This document shows positions 10,446 through 20,234 of a stretch of 64,000 nucleotides of DNA, piece after piece. Both the position numbers and the translations under genes were made by a program. The notes under the pieces were generated by a model, which had not been told where the DNA came from, did no database searches, and saw nothing but the letters and a program-made list of their open reading frames with translations. Origin of the DNA: an uncultured Chroococcidiopsis sp. (GTDB lineage Bacteria > Cyanobacteriota > Cyanobacteriia > Cyanobacteriales > Chroococcidiopsidaceae); the NCBI GenBank assembly GCA_964248365.1, contig CAXTYC010000010.1:32001-96000 (forward strand). Reading direction: 5' to 3'. The stretch's first letter is position 1; each line of letters begins with the position of its first letter.

Positions 10446-11468
10446 CTATTGGGGTGTTTGAGGTTGTTTACCAACAACTCCTCGACCAAGGACTTGTGTT
10501 TGTAGAGTAGGAAAGAACCTATTATCATAATTGCCTTGTCTATCACCAGGATTGCCCCTTAAGTAAACAAGAACATCCTGATTGAGTCCACTTTGTTGGT
10601 TAGTAATATCTCTGACACAGGCATAAAAACTACTTACACTAGCAAAATTTCCAGGAGTATTACTAAGAGGTGATGCGATATATTGAGGAGTGCTACTAGG
10701 ATCGCAAGAAACTTGAGAATTGCTTACACCAGCATCTACAAAGTCCACTAGCGTCATAGAATTGGAAGAATCAGGTAGACTAGTTTGTAAATCATTTGTC
10801 CATGTTCCATTTACTTGTCTACGTGGCCAAGTGCGGTAACTTGTCCCATTGCTATTTGGGTTGACATAACCAGATGTCGGGGTTAAGTTGCCGTTACTGA
10901 CTGTGAATTGATCTAGTTCATAGCGAGTAATACGTGCCTGTCCTCGCCACTGAGGAGCATCACTTGACTGGTTTCTTCTGAGGAAATAAACTACTAAGGT
11001 AGGAGTTCTACCAGCCAACAGGAAAGGTCCACAGAGGGCGGGAGTTTGATTTGCAACGATTTGGCACTCAGGCGGTAAAGGGTCTAACTTCCAAAAAGCT
11101 AGGATCGGAACGCTGTTAGGGGGAATTGTAATGTGGTTGACTATACCAGGACAATATTCATTTGCAGCTGTAGCAGGATCGTCTGCGCGTCCTTGGATAC
11201 AACTACCATCATAGACATACGTTGCTTCTCGCATATCTTGGCTAATGTAGTCTAAAGCCATCTGCATCTCGCTTTGCGTTGTATTACGGACAGACTCTTG
11301 CTGGTCTGTTTGTAGTAGACTTGTAATTAGAGCTAATATAAGTGAGATAGCAATGCTACCAATTGCCATAGCTAATAGAAGCTCTATTAAAGTAAACCCA
11401 GCTAACTTACGCTTTGGGGACAAAACCCAAAGTTGATTTAATAGAGATTGCAGATGTTTTCTAGCCAT
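10446..11468 (-). CDS. Minor pilin HpsC-like, cluster 2
   Basis: AG|FTLIELL; ALDYISQDMREATYVY, VPILAFWK and VYLRGN shared with 2203-3198. Confidence 0.75.
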   Translation of the reverse strand: MARKHLQSLLNQLWVLSPKRKLAGFTLIELLLAMAIGSIAISLILALITSLLQTDQQESVRNTTQSEMQMALDYISQDMREATYVYDGSCIQGRADDPATAANEYCPGIVNHITIPPNSVPILAFWKLDPLPPECQIVANQTPALCGPFLLAGRTPTLVVYFLRRNQSSDAPQWRGQARITRYELDQFTVSNGNLTPTSGYVNPNSNGTSYRTWPRRQVNGTWTNDLQTSLPDSSNSMTLVDFVDAGVSNSQVSCDPSSTPQYIASPLSNTPGNFASVSSFYACVRDITNQQSGLNQDVLVYLRGNPGDRQGNYDNRFFPTLQTQVLGRGVVGKQPQTPQ

Positions 11469-11513
11469 TGAAATTTAGCCAATTTTTAATAAGCTTTTGA
11501 ACTAATGCCAGGT

Positions 11514-12302
11514 TTATTCCGCGCAAGTAGCGCCAGGAGTGAGGAATTTAGTGTATTTGCACAAAGAAAAACGTTGATCGCTCCTAACTATGGGTATGTA
11601 TAAAACAGCTAGGGGACGTTGAAGACTTTCACCAGAAGTAAACCCTAGCTTAGTCGGTTGGGTGAGAGTGGGACGTGCGCCATTAGCAAAGGAGCGACTG
11701 CTGTAAACCCTAACCCCCATTATGAAAGCAGCGGGGGTAGTGATAGTGCTACTAACTGCTTGTTCCTGTCCTCGAAATGTTTGCACGACAAATTCAGGGG
11801 GTGTATTTGAATCTCTATCGAGATCGACGGAGAAACTTTGTGTAGGAGAAGTTCTTGCTGCCGTTGGGTTGTTAAGATTATTAGTATTAAGATTAGAAAT
11901 AGCGTCAGGTGCAGGTGTGTTTTGAATTGGATTTGATCCACTGCTAGGAGGTAAGTTAGCAGTTTGATAGTCTCCTCGCTCAACTAGCAACTTAATGCGA
12001 TCCATCTCACCTCTAGCTATCCCATTCGCTTGCTCAACTCTCTGATTCTGTATGCGGGTTGCCGCAGATAGTATGATTGGTGGAGCGATCGCTGCACCGA
12101 CAAGCGTAATTATTAGAATTGCTACCAAAGTTTCTAGCAGGGTAAATCCCTGGTTTGATGAGCTTTGCCTTAAATGATATGACTTACGCACTATTAACAG
12201 CATTTGAGATATTTCACCTTTTAGAGATCCCCCCAACTCCCCTTTACAAGGGGGGCAAAGGGGGGATTGCCCCCTTCCTAGCTGAGTTACTCTTGTTAGC
12301 AT
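11514..12302 (-). CDS. Minor pilin HpsB-like, cluster 2 (start may be the internal Met near 12203)
   Basis: QG|FTLLE site; RIQNQRVEQA and MGVRVYS shared with 3240-4076. Confidence 0.75.
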   Translation of the reverse strand: MLTRVTQLGRGQSPLCPPCKGELGGSLKGEISQMLLIVRKSYHLRQSSSNQGFTLLETLVAILIITLVGAAIAPPIILSAATRIQNQRVEQANGIARGEMDRIKLLVERGDYQTANLPPSSGSNPIQNTPAPDAISNLNTNNLNNPTAARTSPTQSFSVDLDRDSNTPPEFVVQTFRGQEQAVSSTITTPAAFIMGVRVYSSRSFANGARPTLTQPTKLGFTSGESLQRPLAVLYIPIVRSDQRFSLCKYTKFLTPGATCAE

Positions 12303-12316
12303 TTCGGTTTCCTGGG

Positions 12317-15300
12317 TTAAGAACAGCTTGCACTTGTATCAATGCGAGTTGAACTTCCTACTGTTTTGGCACAGCGTAGGTTTCTAATATATGGGTCGTC
12401 TACTGGCAACTCGCGGTAGTATTCATTGCGGGTGGTATTACCACTCACAAAACGCCTTGCTACAGGACCAGCTGGTGCCATTTGTAGAGCCACGTCATAA
12501 CCCCAGAGGCGATTGGGCGGATTATAGTATTCGTAACTTGTGATAGTAGATGATGGTGTATTTCCTGGTTCCCAAGCGTCTTGGTCAAACGGTGCAGCTG
12601 CGGATGTACTGAAGTTAAGCTGGACTAAAGCACCAGTAATACGCAATGGCACATTAGTCCAGATTTCAAGAAATCGAGGGAAGTTGTGTAAACCCCCATT
12701 GAACTGATTAGCCCTCGAAGGTACAGTACCACTGATAATAATTGTGTTAACCGTGGTTTGTACGGCGGTATTGAGGGGCTTCTTATTATTTGAGTTGTAG
12801 AAAGGATGGTAAGAAGCATCAAGCTCACTATAAGGTGTTCCAGAATTAATTACAGGACTACCATTCGCGTTTACTTGAATTGGTGACTGTAAATCGGAAG
12901 GATTTTCTCTCAACCAACCACCACTAGGGAGGGTAATGGGACGATTTTGATTGAGATAGGAAGTTTGTCCAGTACTACTGCTACAACCATATTGTGCAAA
13001 TGTGCCTGATGGGACTGTTGTAGAATTACTAAATGGTCCAGCAGTCGTAAAACTGTCTTCTATGCTCCCGTCACAGAAGTTGTTGGAAAGAATGCTAACT
13101 GCATCAGCAATAATCTCTGAGGGACGCCAGCGATCGCCACCTGGTTTAGCAAATCGAGTGTCAGGTGTGCTTCGCGTGTAGAAATTGCTGTAAGTGGTGG
13201 TATTAAGAGTTTCAGTAAATTCCTCTAAATTATTAGCGCTGCCATCTGTGCTGTGGAAGTTAAAATTTCCTTGAATATAAACAGGATTGTCAGAAATTAA
13301 AGATAAGCCGCGAGAATTATTTGGATCGTTGAGAGGCAAACCAGAACGGGTTAAATCCGCTCCATCTTTTAAACGAAAACCATAAGGACGGCGATCTGGA
13401 TCTGCGTAGAAATCGACGGGCTTAGTAGAAATGCCATTGGTTGAATTAATGGGTGGATCTTGAGGGGTATTGGCATTCATGAAACAACTGGCGGTTGTTG
13501 TTATTTCTGTGGTTGTATCGCAGCTTGCCCAAGTTGTAGCAGCAGGTCTAGCAATGCCGTCTTCGCGCACTGCATCTTCTCGGAAGGCGTAGACGATACT
13601 TTTTTGGGGCAACCAGTTATCGGTAACGCTATTTACAGTTAGGGTATTCTGCCTGAGCAAGTCTAAGTCAATATCCAAGACTCGCACATTCATCATTTCC
13701 CGACCGTTGAATAAAGCTGCATCTTTGAAAGGAACTTGGTAGACACTCTCAGTTCCGCTGGCATTTCTATATTTGATTAGACTATTTTGATTATTATTGG
13801 GTGCAGCAGTACCAGGGCTACTCACTACAGTTGTAGGTAGCTTCCAAGGATTAGTGCCACCTATAGTTCTTGGTCTGAGTCTAATACTTTCTAGTGCAGT
13901 AGCGTCTGAAGTGAGATTATAAGTAGCGCCAGTATTACCATCAATCGGCTTGTAGAAATTTGTACCTGGAGTTGGGGCGTTGACAAGCGCGTCTTTGATG
14001 TAATTATCGCCTGTTCTAGCTGTCTGATATTCATCGTGTTTTGTGGCAGGGAAGATGTAATACAAAGCTGGATACTTCACATCGTTTATTGTGTATGAGG
14101 CACCTGCTTTAATAGGACATAATCTTGCCAACTGGCTAACTACTGCTGGATTAGCTGAATTAAATTTGTTAGCTGTACACGTATAGTTGCTAACACCAGT
14201 GTTAATGTTGTAGCCGTAAATATTGCGCTCTAGTTCTATTTGTTCCTTCAAATAAACAGTGCGAGCCAACCGCTGCCAGTCTGAAGAAAGCGCTGTAATT
14301 ACCATTTCAGGTGTATTGTAAAGAGAAGGAGATAAATTACTAATTGCAGTATTCAAATTCGTTGACGTATTTGTCCATAGAACTCCCGCGTTTCTGCTGT
14401 AGTCGAAGTCTTGAAGCAGCTTGATGTTATTAGCCAACATTCCCAAGCTGCAAGCCGCTGTATGCAAGTAAGATTGATCTGCGATGCTGAGGTTAGCGTA
14501 TCCAGAAGCATTGAGGTTTCTGATGGCTCGGCGCAGATTTGAAAAGTCCCCGTACTGCGTCAATTGAGGATAGGGATGGATTACCGATCCTGCCGCTGCA
14601 ACTGCTTTAGAGCTTGAGTTATCTTGCTGCGCTGGGAATGCGCCAAAAGGATCGCCTGCAAAATTGGCTAGGTTGTTTAAAGCCCTTAACATAGCAGGAT
14701 TGGGAAAAGATGTAGCATCGGGTACATCATATTCCCAGCCATTCGTTCCCCTGCCACTGAAGAAATCATTAGACAGTTTTAGGTCGTTGCCGCTTGAATC
14801 TTTAAAAGTTATTTCTTCAAATGTGGCACTGCGCTTAAGCGTGTCAGCTGTTCCCGGATGCACTGTAGTAGCTAGACAAGCGATGGGGAAATCTTGAACA
14901 TTTCCGGCTGCATCTTTATTAGCTTGGTGATAAATTGCTGTTGCTTGAACTGCTGCTAGATTATCTCTTAAAGCACGTCGTTGCCGCGCTTGGTGAGTGA
15001 TTGTACTAATCGTTGGTAAACCCAAAGGACTACCTAACTCTAAGCGCTGACCTACGATCGTTCGGAGTCCTTCCAAACGCGCCCGCCGCTCCCAATAACC
15101 ATCCAATCCTAAATTTTCTTGACCTCCACCCATCGGATCTTTGCTAGTCAACTCAGGTTTCCCACTGGGGATAGAATCGCCAACTTTTGTTCCTGCTGGT
15201 ATTTGTAATGAAGGATTTGAACCGTAGGATGGCTTAGGACCATATCGGTCATCTGCGCGATAAGTATCATCAAGGTAAGGCTTAGGCTCTTGTTGATTAT

Positions 15301-16663
15301 AAACTCGCCTATTTGTAACAAATGGTTGATTTTGCCAGTTAGAATCCCTTAATGCACTCCAGTTAGTAACGTTAGTAGTTGCGTGAGATATTTCTTGAGT
15401 AAAAAGATCGATTGGATCGAGAGCAATATCTGCTGGCAATACACTGGAAGTGCTTGCAACAGAATCATTGTTCTGAGTAAAATTAATAGCGTTACCTGAA
15501 GAAACTACATTATTGTTTTGATCAACAGAATGAATTCTGTTTGTATCAGTGGTCATTGTATTGTCTATTACAGAACCACTAAGAACTTGCCCTTGAAATT
15601 GAATTTGGTTTTGACTGTCTCTGATTTCAGAAACTGTAATTTCAGATGCAGTACGGCTAAAACTACAAGACTTTGGAGCGCTGAGCAAATAAGAGGTAAA
15701 GTTGCCAAGTCCTCCTATAAAAATGCTACCTTCTGTGTGCATAGCTCCGTTCCAGTTGAAGGGAGGAGGATTATTTAGTGATACGTCATAGCGGAACCAA
15801 GCACCCCACTTATTTCCTCGGTCAAGTTGTCTGTCTTGTTGGAGTTCTAAAGTAGAATAAGGTTTACTACTTGCAGTGGTTGTATTAGTTGGAATTACAA
15901 CAGCATTGATTTGAAAATTCTTGCGTAGAACAGAAGTATTGTTATTGGCAATAAACCAACCTTCTTCCTGAATTTGTCCTGTTGGGCAATTTGGGGAGCT
16001 AACTAGATTAGCAGGATTAAAAACAGGACCATTACGAGTAAGAAGGTTGCTGGCTCTATTACTTAAAGCAGTGCTACTTTGATCGTTAAGATCGTTTTGA
16101 TTAGTTGGAACTTGCCCAATAATAGAGTAAGCAACAGTAGCATCATTTTGCCCATCACCATTAGTATCAGCTGGAAAAGACCAGGCATTATCAGCTTGCC
16201 CGTCGTTATCCAAATCTAAGCGTGTTTCATCTCCAAGTTTGTACACATCCGGTTGAGTGGTATCAGTAGGAGGCTTCATCAAGCTGACTAGAACTGTTTG
16301 CCCTGGTACTCCATTAGGTATGTTGGAATTTGGGTTAGAAAACAGATACTCCAACTTAGACTTAGCTCGGTCGATAGCTGGCGAGGCTGCGTTAGAGATA
16401 TAGTTCTCCTGTCGTTCCGCAAAGACCTGGTTTGTCCGGCTGGAAGTGCGAACAATTAAAGCACCAATTACTATGGTCATGACCAACAGCAGCATGACTG
16501 TTGTTGGCAACACAAACCCCGCTTTGGCAAGACGAACTCGTCTACTCAGAACAAGCAGGCTACGCAGAAACCACTGAATTAACCACTTGAATATGGCACT
16601 ATGTAACTTCCAAATCTGTTTGAATAAATTTTGTTTAGCCTTGGTTTGCTTGCGAGTTGCCAT
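12317..16663 (-). CDS. Giant PilX-like minor pilin HpsA-like, cluster 2 (1448 aa)
   Basis: AG|FVLPT site; NPVYIQGNFN, WRPSEIIADAV, GLHNFPRFLE and NEYYRELPVDDPY homologous to HpsA1. Confidence 0.8.
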   Translation of the reverse strand: MATRKQTKAKQNLFKQIWKLHSAIFKWLIQWFLRSLLVLSRRVRLAKAGFVLPTTVMLLLVMTIVIGALIVRTSSRTNQVFAERQENYISNAASPAIDRAKSKLEYLFSNPNSNIPNGVPGQTVLVSLMKPPTDTTQPDVYKLGDETRLDLDNDGQADNAWSFPADTNGDGQNDATVAYSIIGQVPTNQNDLNDQSSTALSNRASNLLTRNGPVFNPANLVSSPNCPTGQIQEEGWFIANNNTSVLRKNFQINAVVIPTNTTTASSKPYSTLELQQDRQLDRGNKWGAWFRYDVSLNNPPPFNWNGAMHTEGSIFIGGLGNFTSYLLSAPKSCSFSRTASEITVSEIRDSQNQIQFQGQVLSGSVIDNTMTTDTNRIHSVDQNNNVVSSGNAINFTQNNDSVASTSSVLPADIALDPIDLFTQEISHATTNVTNWSALRDSNWQNQPFVTNRRVYNQQEPKPYLDDTYRADDRYGPKPSYGSNPSLQIPAGTKVGDSIPSGKPELTSKDPMGGGQENLGLDGYWERRARLEGLRTIVGQRLELGSPLGLPTISTITHQARQRRALRDNLAAVQATAIYHQANKDAAGNVQDFPIACLATTVHPGTADTLKRSATFEEITFKDSSGNDLKLSNDFFSGRGTNGWEYDVPDATSFPNPAMLRALNNLANFAGDPFGAFPAQQDNSSSKAVAAAGSVIHPYPQLTQYGDFSNLRRAIRNLNASGYANLSIADQSYLHTAACSLGMLANNIKLLQDFDYSRNAGVLWTNTSTNLNTAISNLSPSLYNTPEMVITALSSDWQRLARTVYLKEQIELERNIYGYNINTGVSNYTCTANKFNSANPAVVSQLARLCPIKAGASYTINDVKYPALYYIFPATKHDEYQTARTGDNYIKDALVNAPTPGTNFYKPIDGNTGATYNLTSDATALESIRLRPRTIGGTNPWKLPTTVVSSPGTAAPNNNQNSLIKYRNASGTESVYQVPFKDAALFNGREMMNVRVLDIDLDLLRQNTLTVNSVTDNWLPQKSIVYAFREDAVREDGIARPAATTWASCDTTTEITTTASCFMNANTPQDPPINSTNGISTKPVDFYADPDRRPYGFRLKDGADLTRSGLPLNDPNNSRGLSLISDNPVYIQGNFNFHSTDGSANNLEEFTETLNTTTYSNFYTRSTPDTRFAKPGGDRWRPSEIIADAVSILSNNFCDGSIEDSFTTAGPFSNSTTVPSGTFAQYGCSSSTGQTSYLNQNRPITLPSGGWLRENPSDLQSPIQVNANGSPVINSGTPYSELDASYHPFYNSNNKKPLNTAVQTTVNTIIISGTVPSRANQFNGGLHNFPRFLEIWTNVPLRITGALVQLNFSTSAAAPFDQDAWEPGNTPSSTITSYEYYNPPNRLWGYDVALQMAPAGPVARRFVSGNTTRNEYYRELPVDDPYIRNLRCAKTVGSSTRIDTSASCS

Positions 16664-17279
16664 GAATCCTTTCCTGCCAAAAGTTGAAGTTGTTGCCTTT
16701 AAATCTGAAAAATAATTGATAAAAACTTAAGTTTTAACATAAATAATTAAGCACTCTACTACTAATTAGGAGAGCGCAAACTTTTATTTTAAATTCAAAT
16801 TGAAGCTAAATTGCCCCTGAAAGTAACTATCTATTGTTTTAGCAATTTATTTTGATAGCAATTACCGTGAATGTACGAATTTAAGTTATAAGAGCTTGCA
16901 AGTTATTTACGTAATTTTACGGTGAAAGATGTGGAAATAAGGCTTGGAATGAACCTGGAATCTAGGTTTCAAAGCGCTCCCCCCTAGCCCCCCATTGAAT
17001 TAGGGGAATTAAAGAAGGAAATCTTGCATTTGCCTAATGACCCCTTGGCAAATTAATTTGCAGGCTCATAGCTCAAGTCCTCTTAAGAGGACTAAAATAA
17101 TTAGTTGATTTTAATTATGAATAAAATGCAGTAATTTGTGAAAGGTTTAAGTTAGTTACTTTTAATCTTGTTATTAGAGTAATTCGGAGAATAAAAAATT
17201 GATATAATAAGGTAGGAAAATCGTTAGTTTTTTATTTTAATTTATGATTTTCCCTGCTTTATAGTTGGGACAAAAATTT

Positions 17280-17529
17280 TTATGCCTCTGCGTCCAGGCG
17301 ATGGGCAAGAACGTAAGCTCGGAGTTCTTCATCGTTCATTGCACAATAGTCAATCATCTCATCATCCTCCTACCATTGGGATAAATTTCTACTTCGATTG
17401 ACTCACCTGCTTTGAATTATTAGGTTGGCGCTACGCTCATCGATGCGTACTAGATAGATGTTGACATAAGCATTGGTGAGAAATGCGCTCCTCTTGAAAC
17501 AAAGCTAAAAGTTGTGCTGGAGTTGGCAT
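17280..17529 (-). pseudogene. DUF6888/DUF6887-like small gene pair, copy 1 (frameshifted and truncated)
   Basis: MPTPAQLLALFQ / FLTNAYVNIYLVRIDERSANLII / KAGESIEVEIYPNG in three frames; ATGA overlap into MIDYCAMNDEELRAYVLAHRLDAEA*. Confidence 0.65.
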
Positions 17530-17676
17530 TCACTGCTCCAGTAACAGCGATAGTAGGGCAACTTTCATTAATGATTTTGCAACCTTTGTTACTCAGTGTG
17601 TTATAGAGGAAAAATCTAACAAAGCGAGGCTAACTCTTCAAGCTCGGTGCTGGATAGCTGTTGAAGGCGCGATCGC
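17284..17676. repeat. Direct repeat copy 1 (~390 bp) of 18851-19244
   Basis: Near-identical sequence at offset ~1567, e.g. GATGGGCAAGAACGTAAGCTCGGAGTTCTTCATCG; both copies end in HIP1. Confidence 0.95.
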
Positions 17677-17727
17677 TAACTACCGTTTTACCGTACTAAG
17701 TCGCCGCGTAAGTTGTCTCAAAACTTC
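17578..17727 (-). pseudogene. Orphan Rpn C-terminal (DUF4351-like) remnant A
   Basis: VLRQLTRRL...RSRLQQLSSTELEELA / LALLDF with stops and frameshifts; homologous to the 3' end of 20235-21083. Confidence 0.75.
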
Positions 17728-17799
17728 TGGCTTAGCTTCCTCACAACTGAGCTTAGGTATAGTGAGTGTAGCTAGTCTTCAAGACATGGTGGAGGAATA

Positions 17800-18051
17800 A
17801 TGATGAAAATTAAAGGCATAAAGCGTGGTAAACAAATTGAATTGTTAGAGGAAATTAACATTCCTGATGGTACAGAAATTTATGTGGAAGTTGAGGTTGA
17901 GCAGCCTTTAAGCGAACAGGAAAGACTAACAAGACTCAACCAAATATTTGGAGCCTGGAAAAACCAAACCGATCTTGATGAAATATTTAATGAAATTGAT
18001 ACAGAGCGTCATGCCTATCCTGGTAGAACACTAGAATCCCTCGATGACTAA
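17800..18051 (+). CDS. Putative VapB-type antitoxin (AF2212/DUF104-like)
   Basis: 83 aa, GGAGG RBS; KGIKRGKQIELLEEINIPDGTEIYV N-terminus and FGAW motif; directly upstream of a PIN toxin. Confidence 0.75.
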   Translation: MMKIKGIKRGKQIELLEEINIPDGTEIYVEVEVEQPLSEQERLTRLNQIFGAWKNQTDLDEIFNEIDTERHAYPGRTLESLDD

Positions 18052-18062
18052 GGTAATAATTT

Positions 18063-18458
18063 GTGTATTTATTAGATACAAATATTTGCGTGGCTCTGCT
18101 TAAACAGAATGCTTTAGCTGTTGGAAAATTTAATGCAAAAGCTGATTTTTGTTACCTTTCTACAATTGTGGTGGCTGAACTTTATAAAGGCGTTTACTGT
18201 TCTCAACGGCGGTGGCAAAACTTGAGTATACTAGAGCAATTCCTTAGCTTGATGCCAATTGTTGACTTTGACTCTAGTGCAGCTGAAGAATTTGGTAAGA
18301 TTCAAGCCGAGTTAAGATGCATCGGTAAACCGACAGGTGAATTAGACGCAATAATTGCTGCGGTTGCCCGTTCTCGTCAAAATATTCTCGTAACTAATAA
18401 TACGCGCCATTTCGTAAATATTTCAGGTTTGCAATTAGAAAACTGGTTAGAACCTTAA
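18063..18458 (+). CDS. vapC: VapC PIN-domain toxin
   Basis: YLLDTNI, VVAELYKG, DAIIAA and LVTNNTRHF PIN motifs; GTG start. Confidence 0.92.
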   Translation: MYLLDTNICVALLKQNALAVGKFNAKADFCYLSTIVVAELYKGVYCSQRRWQNLSILEQFLSLMPIVDFDSSAAEEFGKIQAELRCIGKPTGELDAIIAAVARSRQNILVTNNTRHFVNISGLQLENWLEP

Positions 18459-18610
18459 AACGGGTATCTTCTCTATGAGTTCTACTTTGTAGCCTCACGC
18501 ACAATTGATAATTCTATCCCTAGTGCATCTTTACCAGGTAGCGTAAGCGTTGCGTGAGCGTAGCGATCGCCCATATTACCCCTTGCGATCGCATCGATCA
18601 TCTACCCCAA

Positions 18611-18719
18611 TTATTGACGAGCCAACCTTTGTTACTAAGTCTGCTTTCCTGGTAAAATCCAACAAAGCGAGGCTAACTCTTCAAGCTGGGCGCTAGATAG
18701 CTGTTGAAGGCGCGATCGC
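18611..18719 (-). pseudogene. Orphan Rpn C-terminal remnant B, retaining the stop and 3' flank
   Basis: DRAF/RSRLQQLSSAQLEELA...LLDFTRKADL; 18564-18620 matches the 3' flank at 20186-20243; 5' break at HIP1 18712-18719. Confidence 0.8.
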
Positions 18720-19096
18720 TAGTAGTTTTTGTCTTTAGAGCGCTGCAACTTCTCGTCAAGGATCTGTTGCATCCGCTCCTCACTCCATTCTTTCGGTTCA
18801 ATAATGGCAACGTATGGGCGTTGTTGCATCCATCTACATAGGTATGAAAAGCCACTGTGTCCTGGTGATGGGCAAGAACGTAAGCTCGGAGTTCTTCATC
18901 GTTCATTGCACAATAGTCAATCATCTCATCATCCTCCTACCATTGGGATAAATTTCTACTTCGATTGACTCACCTGCTTTGAATTATTAGGTTGGCGCTA
19001 CGCTCATCGATGCGTACTAGATATATGTTGACATAAGCATTGGTGAGAAATGCGCTCGTCTTGAAATAAAGCTAAAAGTTGTGCTGGAGTTGGCAT
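18719..19096 (-). pseudogene. DUF6888/DUF6887-like small gene pair, copy 2 (frameshifted)
   Basis: Same two frameshifts in the upstream gene (18921-19096) as copy 1; downstream gene MIDYCAMNDEELRAYVLAH...FHTYVD / RMQQRPYVAIIEPKEWSEERMQQILDEKLQRSKDKNY* broken by a 1-nt deletion. Confidence 0.7.
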
Positions 19097-19244
19097 TCAC
19101 TGCTCTAGTAATAGCGATAGTAGGGCAACTTTCATTAATTATATTGTAACTTTTGTTACTAAATATGCTTGACTGGTAAAATCCAACAAAGCGAGGACTA
19201 ACTCTTCAAGCTGGGGGCTGGAGAGTTGTTGAAGGCGCGATCGC
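18851..19244. repeat. Direct repeat copy 2 of 17284-17676
   Basis: Same near-identical sequence as copy 1; the two copies bracket vapBC. Confidence 0.95.
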
Positions 19245-19380
19245 GGTTGTGGTTCAATCACACCAAATCGCCGTGTCAGTAGCCACAGAACTACTGCCAA
19301 TCCTTCCTATCTTCCTTGCAAAGCCCTTCTTCTAGTGCCTCTTGATAGCCTAATTGCCTCAATTCGTGAAATCTTAGCAT
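19148..19380 (-). pseudogene. Orphan Rpn C-terminal remnant C, starting at the internal Met
   Basis: GAACAG-ATG CTA AGA TTT CAC GAA TTG AGG CAA (MLRFHELRQ-GYQEALEEG...), preceded by HIP1 at 19391-19398. Confidence 0.75.
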
Positions 19381-19496
19381 CTGTTCTGGGGCGATCGCAC
19401 CGATATCCAAAAGCTCCAAAATATAATCATTGCTATATCGGCAAAATTCCCTAGAAGGCTAGGATAGGTTTACAGCGACGCGACCAATTTAGTCTT

Positions 19497-20135
19497 ATGG
19501 TTCAAACCCTTGCCATTTCTAAAGCCATAACCAGCATGGCGCAGCTGCAAGAAAGGTTCAATCTGACCCCAACTAACAATGACCAATTCTTTACTGAGTG
19601 GTTTCAAGACTTACCTGAACTTACTGATGAGGAAAAGGTATCCCTAGACAAAATTAAACACAGATTCACTCGGCACAGAGATCTTGGAGAATTGGCAGAA
19701 GGCACTGTTAATTTATTGGTGGTATCACCTTTACTAGAACTAGCAGGCTTTTACGATGAGCCTTTCTTCATTAGGACTGAACCCCAAGTTGAAATTTTGC
19801 TGGAAGACCAAGATGAAATTTTACCAGGTCGAATTGACACTTTAGTAATCAAAGAACGCCTTTGGGTTTTAGTAGTTGAATCAAAGCGGTCTATTTCCTT
19901 TGAAGCAGCAATACCCCAAGCGCTAACTTACATGATGGCGAATCCTAACCTCAATCAGCCAGTTTATGGCATGGTATGTGATGGCGATCTGTTTATGTTC
20001 ATCAAACTCTTAAAACAAGACCCGCCACAGTATGACTTTTCTGATACGTTTTCGCTTTTACTACGGCGGCAAAATAAGCTATACGACATCCTGCGCGTGC
20101 TGAAGCGAATCAGTGGTTTAATAGCGCAAGCATAA
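19497..20135 (+). CDS. Stand-alone HsdR N-terminal-like PD-(D/E)XK nuclease (cyanobacterial type)
   Basis: E...LLVVSPLLELAGFY, GRIDTLV...VVESKR and AIPQALTYM motifs. Confidence 0.75.
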   Translation: MVQTLAISKAITSMAQLQERFNLTPTNNDQFFTEWFQDLPELTDEEKVSLDKIKHRFTRHRDLGELAEGTVNLLVVSPLLELAGFYDEPFFIRTEPQVEILLEDQDEILPGRIDTLVIKERLWVLVVESKRSISFEAAIPQALTYMMANPNLNQPVYGMVCDGDLFMFIKLLKQDPPQYDFSDTFSLLLRRQNKLYDILRVLKRISGLIAQA

Positions 20136-20234
20136 GCAGCACAGCGTAATTCAATCTACTTTACTGCGATCAAAAAAGTTGTACAGCGATCGCCCATATT
20201 ACCCCATAGCAATCGCCTCAACCATCTACCCTAA

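Noticed and set aside
18673..18968. ORFs 18673-18924 (-) and 18729-18968 (+) as intact genes
   Set aside because: The first is a frameshifted gene running into an Rpn remnant; the second is its antisense shadow
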